A stretch of DNA of 64,000 nucleotides. Source: Squalus acanthias. Its lineage: Eukaryota. The translations under genes and the position numbers were made by a program. Location of the stretch: assembly GCA_030390025.1 (NCBI GenBank), contig CM059431.1, positions 156,490,001 to 156,554,000 of the forward strand. Reading direction: 5' to 3'. Positions 26,101 to 39,604 of the stretch are shown piece after piece. Position 1 is the stretch's first letter, and every line of letters begins with the position of its first letter. Below the pieces are notes generated by a model, which saw only the letters and a list, made by a program, of their open reading frames with translations, ran no database searches and had not been told where the DNA came from.

Positions 26101-27725
26101 AGAACTTTCAAATATGATTTGTGACACTTAGTTCCTGCTTTTTCCTTTTTTAACACTTTAAGTTTTACTCCATACCTTCTTTCCCTTCCTGACACGCTTT
26201 CGTCTTTCTCCCTGCTCAGGTGCCCAACCCCCTGCCACTTTAGTTTAAACCATTTAAACAGCACCAGCAAACACTCCCCCCAGGACAGCGGTCCCTGCCC
26301 TGCCCAGGTGCAGACCGTCCGGTTTGTACTGGTCCCACCTCCCCCAGAACCGGTTCCAATGTCCCAGGAATTTGAATCCCTCCCCCTGGCACCATTCCTC
26401 TAGCCAAGTATTCAATTGAAATATCCTCCTATTTCTACACTGACTAGCACGTGGCACTGGTAGCAATCCTGAGATTACTACCTTTGAGGTCCTATTTTTT
26501 AATTTACCTCCTAACTCCCTATATTGTGCTTTTAGGACATCATCCCCTTTTTTACCTATATCGTTGGTGCCTATGTTCACAACGACAGCTGGCTGTTCGC
26601 CCTCCCCCTACAAAATGTTGTGTTGCCGCTCCGAGGCGTCCTTGACTCTTGCACCAGGGAGGAAACACACCATCCTGGAGTCTCGGTTGCGGCCGCAGAA
26701 ACGCCTATCTGTTCCCCTTACTATTGAGTCCCCTATCACTATAGCTCTACCACATTTTTTTCCTCCCAGCCTGTGCAGTAGAGCCAACCATGGTGCCAGG
26801 AAGTTGGCTGCTGCTGCCTTCCCCTGATAAGTCATCTCCCCCAACAGTATTCAAAGTGGTATATCTGTTTGAGAGGGGGTTGTCCACAGGGGACCACTGC
26901 ACTACCAGCCTGCACCTATTACTCTGCCTGGTGGTCACCTATTTACTTTCTGCCTCTGCACCCTTTGACTGAGGTGTGACCAACTCTCTAAACGTGATAT
27001 CCACGAGGTTCTCAGCATCGCGAATGCTCCAATACGCCTCCATCCGCAGCTCCAGCGCATCAATGCCGTCTGTCAGCAGCTGCAGCTGGATACATTTCCC
27101 GCACACATGGTTGTCAGGGACACCAGAAGGGTCCCTGATTTCCCACATCGAGCAGGAGGAGCATAACACGGGTCTGGGCTGTCCTGTCATGACTTACCCT
27201 TTAATTAATTGAACTTAAATTAAATAAAATCAATATCACCAATTGCAATTAATTAAATTATATACTCAAGGGACCTTGGTTACTAGCACTAGGAACTATA
27301 TCAACAAAATTAAGACCTTCTAAACTTTTTTAACTATGAACCTTAACTGTCAAACTATGGAGTAGTATAAATACTTACCTAGCCGTACTCACCAAATCAG
27401 CTGCTCCCTCCTGCCCGCGTCACTTTTTTAATCGTGACGTGGCTCTGGAACGCCGCCGCCGGTCTGAGATCGGTGTGCCTGTGAATGAAAAGCCCGCGAA
27501 AGTGAGTTCAAATACACACTGGACCTCCGGTCTCGCCGCTCCCGACACCAGCCTGTAAATGAAAATCCCGCGAAAGTGAGTTCAAATACTCACTGGACCT
27601 GTGGTCTCGCCGCTCCCGACACCAGCCTGTAAATGAAAAGCCAGCGAAAGTGAGTTCTAATACTCACTGGACCTCCGGTCTCGCCGCTCCCGACACCAGC
27701 CTATAAATGAAAAGCCCGCGAAAGT
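23103..27725 (-). mobile_element. Full-length CR1 LINE: 74-bp-repeat 5' UTR, ORF1 (Cys-pair zinc finger + SGNH/GDSL esterase), ORF2 (APE + RT); frameshifted
   Basis: ORF1 pieces CSSC..CGKC, VIGDSIVRG, IGTND, DGLH; ORF2 pieces ITETWL, MGDFN, SDH, PQGS, FADD; AACATAAG-type tail. Confidence 0.95.
27477..27725 (-). repeat. 74-bp tandem monomers (3.4 copies) forming the CR1 5' end
   Basis: Units start at 27477, 27551, 27625 and 27699. Confidence 0.93.
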
Positions 27726-28919
27726 TCTACACAGATAAAGTGAGGTATTACATATTGGTAGGCAGAATAGGGAGGTCACTTATTACTTGGAGGGTGTAAG
27801 TCTGGATGGGGTAGAGGAACAAAGGGATCTCGGAGTACAAACACACAAATCATTAAAAATTGCGACACAGGTTAGCAAGGCCATACATAAAGCAAACCAA
27901 GCACTGAGGTTTATTTCTAGAGGGATAGAATTGAAAAGAATGGAAGTTATGCTAATCTTTTATCGAACCTTGGTAGAGCACACAAAGAGTACTGCGTACA
28001 GTTATGGTCGCCATATTATAAAAAAAAACATAGAGGCACTGGAGAAGGTGCAGAGATGATTTACACGGATGATACCAGAAATGCGAGAGTATACATACTA
28101 GAAAAGGATGAACAGACTGGGTCTCATCTCTTGAAAAATGAAGGCTGCGGGTTGACCTCATAGAGGTCTTTAAAATTATGATACATTTTGATAGAGTGGA
28201 TACAGAGAGAATGATTCCACTTGTGGAGAAGAGCATAACTAAAGACCATCAATAGAAGACAGTCACCAATAAATGCACAGGGAAATTCAGAACGAACTTC
28301 TTTACCCCGTGAGAATGTGGAACTCGCTACCACAGGAAGTTGTTGAAGCGAAACGTATAGATGCAGTTAAGGGGAGGCTGGACACGCATATGAGGGAGAA
28401 GGGAAGAGAGGGTTACGTTGATAGATTTAGACGAGGAAAGACGGGAGGAGGCTCGATTGGAGCATAAATGCTGGCATGGAAAGGTTGAGCCGAATGGCCT
28501 GCTTCTGTGCTGTATATCCTATGCACTCCTATGTAATTCCCGTCACATGCTGGTTACAGGTTATTTTCCAATGATGGTCATTTACCAACCATAGAACAAT
28601 CATTATTAAATCTGTGAGATAGTCTCCAGTAACAGTCTTGGCCTTGATCAGGATGTTCACTCACATGAGTATCAGGCTCCGGGTTTCTGTATCTGGAACT
28701 AAATCAGTAAATGTGTGCTGTAAACAAGTGAAAGTTCAGCATCGTTGGCTGGTTACCTTTCAACACAGTGGTGAAATGTTTCCTTTTCATTTTTTCTTTC
28801 TTTTAAATATTTGATGCAGAATTCAATTTATTGTGAGGTCTGGGAAATTAAATTAATTGTCTCCTCGGAGCGAGATAAGCACGACCACAGTACATTCCCT
28901 GCGTTTAACTATACTGTCA

Positions 28920-29430
28920 CATTCGTCCATAATTTTTAACACATCTATCATATCGCTCTAAAATATATGTTGTTCTAATTGAAAAAAGGCGACATTCCAA
29001 GTATTTGATTGTATTTTCTTTCACCTACCAGGCAGCATTTTAGAGAAACTGTTTTGTATACGGTCTAGAGGCTTAATAAACTTGTTAAAGCGAGGACCGC
29101 CAACTGCACAAGATACTCTAATGTAGGTCTTCGGAAGGTTTCAGTTAGTTTCATTATCATGTCTTATTTTCTTTATTCTATACTCCTTATGTTGTACAGA
29201 GACTTTCGTTAGCTTTTCTACAGTCGTATCATCCTGAGATGCTGTCTTTAATGTCCCGTGGGCATCGCTCTGCTGCACCACAGCACCGTATCTAATTCCA
29301 TTCACTCTATAATTACAGCTAATATTTTTCCAATATGTTTCACCTGACATCGACATTGATTCCATCAATGCTTTATGAGCACATCACACCAAGCCTTTCA
29401 ATTTCAATTTGCAGTTCCCTCAGATCTTCC
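28920..29430 (-). mobile_element. Ancient CR1 remnant (continues at ~34075-34355)
   Basis: Weak matches to the RPHLEYCVQ region (~29100-29130) and the GVPQGSVLGP region (~34140-34172). Confidence 0.5.
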
Positions 29431-29439
29431 AAATATCTA

Positions 29440-32400
29440 AAGTTTGAGAGTGATGTGTTCGAATCTGAAACTAAGGTCTTCAATTTAAAAAGAGGAAACT
29501 ACAAGGATATGAGGGACAAGTTGGCCATGGTAGGTTGGGAGACTACACTAAACGGTACGAAGGGGGACATACTATGGCTAACATTCAAGGAAAGAATGCA
29601 TAATTGGAAATAAACACATATTCCTCAAGGGCATAGAAACCTAAAAGGAAAAGTGATCGAACTATGGCTAACAAAAGAAATAAAAGCTAGTATTAAATCA
29701 AAGGAGGAAGCATATAAAGTTGCCAGAACAAGTGGTCAGCCTGAGGATTGGGATATTTTTTAGAAATCAGCAAATGAGGAGCAAGAAATTGATAAAGAAA
29801 GGGAAAATGGAATATGAGCACAAACTAGCGAAAAATATAAAAACGGATTGAAAAAGCTTCTATCGGTATGTGAACAGCAAAAGACTTGCGACGGTAAATG
29901 TAGTTCCTTTACAGTCAGAGACGGGAGAATTTATAATGGGGAATGTAGAAATGGCAGAGGAATTAATTAAATAATTTGTTTCTGTCTCTTCACGGAGGAA
30001 TACACAAAAAACCTCCCAGATATACGAGAAAACCAAGGATGTGGCGAGAATGAGGAACTTACAAAATTATTATCAGTAAAAAAGCAGTACAAGCAAAATT
30101 AACGGGACTAAATGTCGATAAATCCCATGGACCGGATTACCTACATCCTAGAGTTTTGAAAGAGGTGGCAATTGGGATACTGGGTGCATTGGTTGTCATC
30201 TTCCAAAATTCCATAGATTCTGGAAATGTTGCTGCAGCTTGGAGGATAGCAAATGTAACACCGCTATTTAAGAAAGTAGGTAAAGAGAAAACGGGGAACT
30301 ACAGATCTGTTAGCCTCCCATCAGTAGTTGGGAAAATGATGGAATCTATTATAAAGGATGCAATAACTTCGCACTTAGAAACTAATAGTAAGATTTTGCA
30401 GAGTCAACAAGGATTATTGGACTGGGTACTGTGCAATGAGAAGGGACTAATTAGTAATCTTGTTGTACGGGGACCCTTGGGTCAGAGCGATCATAACATG
30501 ATCGATTTCTCACTCGAAATGGAGAGCGAAGAAATTGACTCAGATACTAAGGTCCTGAATTTAAACAAGGGGAATTATGATGCCATTAGACGGGAACTGA
30601 GTAGGTCTGATTGGACAACGTTCCTGGGAGGACTGGAGGTAGATAAACAATGGCAAGCATTTAAAGATAGAAAGACAAAATTGCAAAAATTGTTTATACC
30701 AATCTGGCATAAAAGGAAATCTAAAAAGGTGACTCAACCGTGGATAACAGGGGAAATTAGAGACAGCATAAAATCCAAAGATAGGGCGTATAAAATAGCC
30801 AAAAAAAGCGCCAGAGCGGAAGATTGGGAACAGTTTAAGATAGAGCAAAGGAGGACAAAGGGCTTAATCAAGAGGGGCAAAATAGCTTACGAAAGCAAGC
30901 TGGCGGAAAATATAAAAACTAACTCCAAAAGCTTTTATAAGTATATCAAGAGGAAAAGACTGGTGAAAACCAAAGTTGGCCCATTGCAGTCAGATACGGG
31001 GGAATATATAACGGGAAATAAGGAAATGGCAGACCAACTAAATGCATACTTTGGGTCAGTCTTTACGAAGGAAGACACAAAAAACCTCCCTGGGATATCG
31101 GGAAAAATAGGGACATTTGCAAAGGAGGAAATGACGCAAATCAATATCTCTAAGGATATGGTGTTAAGGAAGCTAAAGGGATTGAAGGCGGACAAATCCC
31201 CAGGGCCTGATAACATGCATCCTAGGGTGCTGAAGGAGGTGGCCCTAGAGATAGCGGATGCACTAAGTATGATTTTTCAGAATTCATTAGACTCGGGAAC
31301 AGTGCCCATGGATTGGAGGGTAGCTAACGTTACCCCACTATTCAAAAAGGGGGGTAGGGAAAAAGCAGGTAATTACAGACCTGTAAGCCTTACATCAGTT
31401 GTGGGCAAAATGCTGGAGTCCATCATTAAGGATGAAATAGCGGAGCACTTAGCAAATGGGGACAGGATAGGATAGAGTCAACATGGATTTACAAAGGGTA
31501 AATCGTGCTTGACTAATCTATTGGAATTTTTTGAGGGAGTAACTGGTAAAATAGATGGGGGAGAGCCAGTAGATGTGGTGTACCTGGACTTCCAAAAGGC
31601 CTTCGATAAGGTCCCACATAAAAGATTAGCAGGGAAAATTGAAGCTCATGGGATAAAGGGGAAAGTATTGACGTGGATAGAGAACTGGCTGTCAGATAGA
31701 AAACAGAGAGTTGGAATAAACGGCTCATTTTCTGAATGGCAGGCAGTAACAAGTGGGGTACCGCAGGGATCTGTCCTGGGTCCCAAGCTGTTCACAATTT
31801 ACATTAATGACCTGGATCAGGGAGTCGGATGCAGCATTTCCAAATTTGCAGACGACACTAAACTAGGAGGGGGGGTGGGCTCAGAGGAGGAGACCAGGAA
31901 GCTCCAGAGCGATTTGGACAGACTGGGTGATTGGGCGGATAAATGGCAGATGCACTATAATGTGGACAAGTGCGAAGTTATCCACCTTGGGTGCAGGAAC
32001 GGGAGGGCAAATTATTATTTAAATGGCAATAAATTGGGAGAGGGGGAAGTACAGAGAGACCTGGGTGTTCTTGTACACCAGTCACTGAAGGCGAGCATGC
32101 AGGTGCAACAGGCGGTCAAGAAGGCAAACGGTATGCTGGCCTTCATAGCAAAAGGGTTGGAATACAGGAACAGGGATACCTTGCTGCAGCTGTACAGGGC
32201 ACTGGTGAGACCACACCTCGAGTACTGTGTACAGTTTTGGTCGCCTCATCTGAGGAAATATGTTCTTGCCATGGAGGGGGTGCAGCGGCGATTCACCAGG
32301 CTGATACCAGGAATGGCGGGATTGACCTATGAGGAGAGACTATGTAGTTTACGGATGTACACACTGGAGTTTAGAAGATTGAGAGGGGACCTCATAGAAG

Positions 32401-34072
32401 TGTATAAAATTCTGACAGGTCTAGACAGACTAGATGCAGAAGGAATGTTTCCCTTGGCGGGTGAGAACAGAACTAGAGGACATAATTTAAGGATAAGGGC
32501 AAAACCATTTAGGACAGAAATGAGGAGGAATTTCTTCACTCAGAGGGTGGTGAACCTGTGGAACTCATTGCCACAGAGGGCAGTGTACGCCAGCTCATTA
32601 AATATATTTAAGAGGGAATTAGATATATTTCTACAGGCAAAAGGGGTTAAGGGTTACGGAGAGAAGGCGGGGACGGGATACTGAATTGGAGGATCAGCCA
32701 TGATCTCATTAAATGGCGGAGCAGGCTCGAAGGGCCGGATGGCCTACTCCTGCTCCTATCTTCTATGTATGTATCTATGTCTATGTATTATGAAAGTGAA
32801 ATCCTGTTTGAGAAACCGATTGGGGCTCTTTGAGGATGTAACTAAAGGAGTAGACAAAGGGGAACTGGTAGATGTGGTGTATTTGGATTTTCAGAAGACC
32901 TTGGATAATATCCCACACAAGAGATTGGTAAACAATATTGGGGCACATGGAATTGGGGGTAATATACTCGCATGGATTGGGAATTCTTTAACAGACAGAA
33001 TACTACGAGTAGGGATATACGGGACTTTTCAGGATGCAAGGCTGTGACTGGTTGGCTACCGCAATGATCGGTGCTTGGAACCCAGCTATTCACAATCTAT
33101 ATCAATGATTTGAATGAGGAAACTAAATGTAACATCTACAAATTTGCTGATAATACAAATCTAGGTGCCAGTGTCAGTTGTGATGAGGATGTGAAGCGTC
33201 TTCATGGGGCTATCGACAGGCCCAGTGAGTGGGCGACAACATGGCAGATGGAATTTAATGTGGATAAATGTGAAGTTATTCACTTTGGTACAAAAACAAA
33301 GGCAGAGTATTACCTAAATGTTGAACGATTGGGGGATGCAGACGCTCAAAGGGACCTGGGTGTCCTTGTACATTTGTCACTGAAAATGGTTGTGCAGGTG
33401 CAGCAAGCCATTCGCAAGGCAAATGGTATACTGGCCTTCATTACAAGAGGATTGAGTACAGGTGTAAAGAAGTGTTGCTCCATTTATATAGGGCCTTGGT
33501 TAGAGCACGCCTGGAATACTGTGTACAATTTTGGTCTCCTTAACTAAGGAGGATATACTTGCCATAGAAGGCGTGCAACGAAGGTTCACGAGATTGATTC
33601 TTGCGATGGTGGGACTGTCGCATGAGAAGAGATTGAGTAAACTAGGCCTGTATTCTACTGAATTCAGAATAATGGGAGGGATCTCATTGAAGCATACAAA
33701 ATTATTACATGGCTTGATAGGCTGGCTGCTGGAAGAATGTTTCCCTTGGCTGGCGAGTCCAGAACTAGGGACCACAGCCTCAGGATAAAGGGTAGACCAT
33801 TCAGGACATAGATGAGAAGAAATTTCTTCACACAGAGTGTGGTGAATCTTTGGAATTCTCTAACCCAGATGGTTCTGGAGGCTCAGTCATTGGGTATATT
33901 CAAAACAGCAGTCTATAAATTTCTCACTAGTAAAGACATCAAGGGATTTGCCGATAGGGCCGGTGAATGGAGATGAGGCAGAAGATCAGCCATGATCTCA
34001 TTGAATGGCTAAGTAGCATCGAAGGGCCGAATGGCCTACTCCTGCTCCTATTTGTTATTATCTTATGTTCTT
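29440..34072 (+). mobile_element. CR1 LINE (29440-30417 + 32787-34072) interrupted by a younger CR1
   Basis: Host SQQG|MKVKSC (SQHGFMKGKSC-like) motif is split by the insertion; 3' tail at ~34030-34072. Confidence 0.9.
30418..32786 (+). mobile_element. Young 5'-truncated CR1 ORF2 (endonuclease C-terminus + RT) with a single nonsense codon at 31473-31475
   Basis: ORFs ending at 31475 and 31509-32684 are in the same frame; GVPQGSVLGP, FADD; CTATGT-type tail; TSD ATTAT at 30413-30417 and 32787-32791. Confidence 0.95.
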
Positions 34073-34355
34073 AAATATAACCCCCATTTTTGGACGACCT
34101 GCAAATATCGACCAAGATCTATATACAAAGTAATAATCCGTGGCCCGAGAGCCGAATCCTGTGAGATACCACCACACTCTTCCAACCACTTGTTTGCATC
34201 AGAAAAAAAGCACTTTTATGGGAAACACAATTCAACTTTCAAATACTTGCAAGAGTTCTGCCAGAGATTGTCCAATATGTGATAATGCACCAATTTATCC
34301 CTTTGGAATATATATATTCAAAATCGGTGGCAGGCACAATATGGTGTTCTTCATT

Positions 34356-37300
34356 TAGAAACATAGAAACATAGAAAATAGGTGCAGGAGTAGACCATTC
34401 GGTCCTTCGAGCCTGCACCGCCATTCAATGCGTTCATGGCTGAACATGCTACCTCAGTACCCCATTCCTGCTTTATCGCCATACCCCTGGATCCCCCTAG
34501 TTGTGAGTATTATATCTAACTCCCTTTTGAATATATTTAGCGAACTGCCCTCAACAACCTTCTGTGGTAGAGAATTCCACAGATTCACCACTCTCTGGGT
34601 GAAGAAGTTTCTCCTCATCTCAGTCTTAAATGGCTTCCCCTTTATCCTTAGACTGTGACCCCTGGTTTTAGTTTTCCCTAACATTGGAAATATTCTGCCC
34701 GCATCTAATTTGTCTAAACCAGTCAGGATTTTAAACGTCTCTATAAGATCCCCCCTCATTCTTCTGAACTCCAGAGGATACAAGTTCAGTTGATCCAGTC
34801 TTTCTTGATATGTCAGTCTGGCCATCCCAGGAATCAATCTAGTGAACCTTCGTTGCACTCCCTCAATAGCAAGAATGTCCTTCCTCAAGTTAGGAGACCA
34901 AAACTTCACACAATACTCCAGGTGTGGCCTCACCAAGGCCCTGTACAACTGTAGCATCACCTCCCTACTCCTGTACTCAAATCCCCTTGCTATGAAGGCC
35001 ATCATGCCATTTGCTTTCTTGACTGCCTGCTGCACTTGCCTTCCCACCTTCAGTGACTGATGTACCATGACGCCCAGGTCTCGTTGCACCTCCCCTTTCC
35101 ATAATCAGCCACCATTCAGGTAATAGTCTGCCTCCCTATTTTTACCACCAAAATGGATAACCTCACATTTGTCCACATTGTACTTCATCTGCCATACATT
35201 TGCCCATTCACCCAACCTGTCCAAGTCACTCTGTAGCCTCCTAGCATCCTCCTCATTGTTCACACTGCCTCCCAATTTAGTGCCATCCGCAAATTTGGAG
35301 ATATTACAATTAATCCCTTCATCCAAATCATTAATATATAATGTAAACAGCTGGGGCCCCAGCACCGAACCCTGCGATACCCCGCTGGTCACTGCCTGCC
35401 ATTCTGAAAAGTACCCATTTACTCCTACTCTTTATTTCCTGTGTGCCAACCAGTTCTCAATCCACGTCAACACATTACCCCCAATCCCATGTGCTTTAAC
35501 TTTGCACACCAATCTCTTGTGTGGGACCTTGTCGAAGGCCTTCTGAAAGTCCTATTGGAAAAATCCTCAAAAAATTCCAGAAGATTTGTCAACCATGATT
35601 TCCCTTTCACAAATCCATGCTGACTTGGACCTATCATGTCGCCACTTTCCAAATGGTCTGCTTTGAAATCTTTAATAATTGATTCCATCATTTTACCCAC
35701 CACCGATGTCAGGCTGACCGGTCTATAATTCCCTGCTTTCTCCCTCCCTCCTTTTTTAAAAAGAGGGGTTACATCAGCCACCCTCCACTCCTTTGGAACT
35801 GATCCAGAGTCTAAGGAATGTTGGAAAATGATCGTCAATGCATCCACTATTTCCAAGGCCACCTCCTTAAGTACTCTGGTATGCAGACCATCAGGACCTG
35901 GGGATTTATCAGGCTTCAGTCCAATCAATTTCCCCAACACCTTTTCCCGACTGATTAGGTTTTCCCTCAGCTCCCCCCTCTTACCAGATCCGTTGATCTC
36001 TTTTATTTCCGGAAGGTTGTTTGTGTCCTCCGCAGTAAACACCGAACCAAAGTACTTGTTCAATTGATCTGCCATTTCTTTGTTCCCCATTATGACTTCC
36101 CCTGTTTCTGACTGCAGGGGACCTACGTTTGTTTTTACTAACCTCTTTCTTTTTACATATTTATAGAAGCTTTTGCAGTCCATTTTAAAGTTCTCCACAA
36201 GCTTCCTTTCATATTTTATTTTCCCTGCCCTAATCAAACCCTTCGTCCTCCTCTGCTGAGTTTTAAAGCTCTCCCAGTCCCCGGGTTTGCTGCAACTTCT
36301 GGAATTTGTATGCCACTTCCTTGCTTAAAATGCTATCCCTGATTTCCCTTGTTAGCCATGGTTGAGCCACCTTCCCTTTTTTATTTTTACGCCAGACAGG
36401 GATGTACAATTGCTGTAGTTCATCCATGCGATCTCTAAATGTCTGCAATTGCCCTTCCACTGATAATCCCTTAAATGTCGCTTGCCAATCTAACCTCGCC
36501 AATTCACGCCTCATACCCTCAAAGTTGCCCTTATTTAAGTTCTGGACCATGGTCTCTGAATTAACTGTTTCCTTCTCCATCCTAATGTAGAACTGCACCA
36601 TACTATGGTCTCTCTTCACCAAGAGGCCTCGCACCACAAGATTGCTGATTAGTCCTTCCTCATTACACAACACCCAGTCCAGGATGGCCTCCCCTCTAGT
36701 TGGTTCCTCAACATATTGGTTTAGGAAACCATCCCTTAAACACTCTAGGAAATCCTCCTCCACCGTATTGCTTCCAGTTTGAGTAGCCCAATCTATATGC
36801 ATATTAAAGTCACCCATGATAACTGCTGCGCCTTTTTTGCATGCACCTCTGATTTCCTGTTTCATACCCTCCCCCACCTCACTACTACTGTTTGGAGGTC
36901 TGTACACAACCCCCACTAACGTTTTCTGCCCTTTGGTGTTCTGCAGCTCAACCCATATTGATTCCACATCCTCCAAGCTAATGTCCTTCCTAGCTATTGC
37001 ATTAATCTCCTTTTTAACCAGCAATGCTACCCCACCCCATTTTCCTTTTATTCTATCCTTCCTGAATGTTGAATACCCCTGGATATTCAGTTCCAAGCCT
37101 TGATTGTTCTGGAGCCATGTCTCTGTAATCCCAATCACATCATATCCGTTAACATCAATTTGCACAGTCAATTCATCCACCTTATTATGGATACTCCTTG
37201 CATTAAGACACAGAGCCTTTAGGCTTGTTTTATTAACACCCTTTGTCCTTTTAGACTTATGATTTAGTATGGCCCTTTGTGTTTCCTGCCTTTGCTTACT

Positions 37301-37560
37301 CGGATTTCCCTTCTTGTTTATCACCCTTCTAATATTTGTTTCTGACTGCATATTACTTCCCCCTGTTTCGCTGCATAGGTTCCCATTCCCCTGCCATATT
37401 AGTTTAAATCCTCCCGAACTGCCTTAGCAAATATTACCCCGAGGACATCGGTTCCAGTCCTGCCCAAGTGCAGACCGTCCCTTTTGTACAGTTCCCACTT
37501 CCTCCAGAACTGGTTCCAATGCCTCAGGTATTTGAATCCCTCCCTCCTGCAACAGCTCCA
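34356..37560 (-). mobile_element. CR1 LINE truncated within ORF1; near-complete ORF2 with a frameshift (~36295) and a small deletion (~35552)
   Basis: ORFs 36263-37351 (APE endonuclease), 35467-36237, 35105-35392, 34454-35089; TAGAAACA-type tail. Confidence 0.95.
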
Positions 37561-38123
37561 CCTATATACGGGTACCAATCAATTGGCCCCGCCCTCTGAC
37601 TTTGACCCCTGCTGATTGATTAGAAAACTGGTTTCCTCTGCCTGCTGTGCCAATTTACTGATACTGCAGTGTATCCTTGTTTTACTCTTCTTAAACCAAC
37701 AGAATCCCAAATAGTTAACTTTTCCCCTTCACTTAAAATGCTTAAGTACTCTTATCAAGAATGATTAAAAGAGAACTAACAATTAAAGAACTACTGCCAC
37801 TTACCCAAACTCACAGCAGCCTCTGCTGACTTGCACTCATTTGATAGTGAAAAAAGAGGTTTCTAGGTTACGGGGGTCACAAATCACAATATAATGTTTC
37901 AACGTGTTCCTCCTTATCAGTGATACTCTTTTCGCTGAAGAATTGTGGGGAGTGTGGCAAACTCACTAAAATATTTCCAGAAGGATTGGATATCCAGCAC
38001 TGTGAAATTTATTTAATATTGGTGTTATTGGAATAAGGCCCTCGAACGAATATGTGGGCATGGTAGGAAGAGATAATTATAGTGGAAGGAGGCTCCTATG
38101 GAGTATGAACACTGCATAGACCA

Positions 38124-38604
38124 CTTTGGCCGAATGGCCTATTTCTCTGCTGCAGTTTCGATGTAAGTCTGATCTGCCCCGTTCAAAGTCTCAAACTATA
38201 AACTTGGTTACAGTGACCATGGTGTGCAACCCTTCCTTATCCATCAGTCACCTATCCACAGCATTCTGTATTATCTCATCTGGCAGCCTTTTCCATGCCC
38301 TGGCCTCCAATGTCCACCGCCCCCCCCCCCTACCCCATAACACTGCTCCTAGTGTACTTTCTGAACGAGCTCCCCTACCGCAGAAAGCAGATCTACAGCA
38401 ATGGGATGAGTGTCGGCCATCTCTGCCTGTCGTTGGCCATTTCCGAAGCTTTGAGAGCTGCTTCTGCTGCATAGTAACATATTACTTTAGCACCAGAAGC
38501 AGTTTTGATCGGCTAATGTCCGCTATATTGTAGTTTGTGACTTTGAACGGGGCAGATCAGAATTACATCGGACTGCAGCAGAGAAATAGGCCATTCGGCC
38601 AAAG
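38124..38604. repeat. ~75-bp inverted repeat (38124-38198 / 38531-38604) with a ~330-bp spacer
   Basis: Arms are reverse complements with a few mismatches and include a LINE/SINE 3' tail. Confidence 0.88.
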
Positions 38605-39604
38605 CTGGCGGTGGGTTCAGTGATCTGTGCTGAAACCGCCTCATCATCCACCTACTCTGACTAGACGAGGCTGCATGATAGAGTCATAGTAAGTCACAGT
38701 ACATAAGGCATTTATTCTGACTATCGTGCCTGTGCCGATTCTTTGGAAGAGCTATTCAATTATTACCACTGCCCCGCTCATTCCCATAACCCTGTAAATG
38801 TTTTCCCTTCAAATATTTATTAAATTCTCTTTTTAATTTACTACTGAATCTGCTTCCACCATCCTTTCAGAAGTAGCATTCAAGATCACAACAACGCGCT
38901 GTGTAAAATGCTGTTTTCTCGTGACACCTCTGCTTCTTTTGCCACACACTTTAAATCTCTGACTTTTGCTTAAAGACCCTTCGGCCACTGGAAAGAGTTT
39001 ATACTTATTTACTCATCAAAATCATTCATGATCTTGATCGGCTCTTAACCTTCTTTGCTCTGAGGAGAACAAGTCCAGCTCCTCCAGTCTCTCCACATAA
39101 ATGAAGTCTCTCATCCCGGGTAGAATTCCAGCAAATCACTTCTGCACCGTCTCCAAGGGTTTGACATCCTTTGTAACGTGTGCTGCCCAGAATTGAACAA
39201 AATACCTAGCTGAGCCTAAACAGTCTTATAGTACGGTTTACCATAACTTCCTTGCTTTTGTAATCTATTCCTCTAGTAATAAAGAAAAGGATCCCATTTT
39301 TTTTTAACAGCCTTCTCAACTTGTCCTGCCACATTCAAAGATTTTTGTACATACACCCACAGGTCTCTCTGTTCCTGCGTTTTATATAATTTTGCCATTT
39401 TTTTTATATTGCCTCTCCTCATTCTTCGTACCAAAATGTAGTACTTCAAGCTTCTCCGCGTTAAATTTCATCTGTCTTGTGTCTGGCCATTTCACCAGTC
39501 TGTCTTTGTCATCCTGAAGTCTGTTGCTAACCTCTTCATCCTTACTAGATCTCAGATTTTCGTACAATTGCAAACGTAGAAACAATGCCCTGTATACACA
39601 AATA

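Larger units (their letters stand above)
22985..28535 (+). mobile_element. Older 5'-truncated CR1 (22985-23102 + 27723-28535) interrupted by a full-length CR1
   Basis: The QMK|FYTDK-like motif continues across the insertion; 3' tail at ~28490-28535. Confidence 0.8.
21930..28860. repeat. Segmental repeat unit, copy 3 (type A), split by nested CR1s at ~22985-28535
   Basis: 21930-22980 and 28536-28860 are colinear with 6680-8100. Confidence 0.85.
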
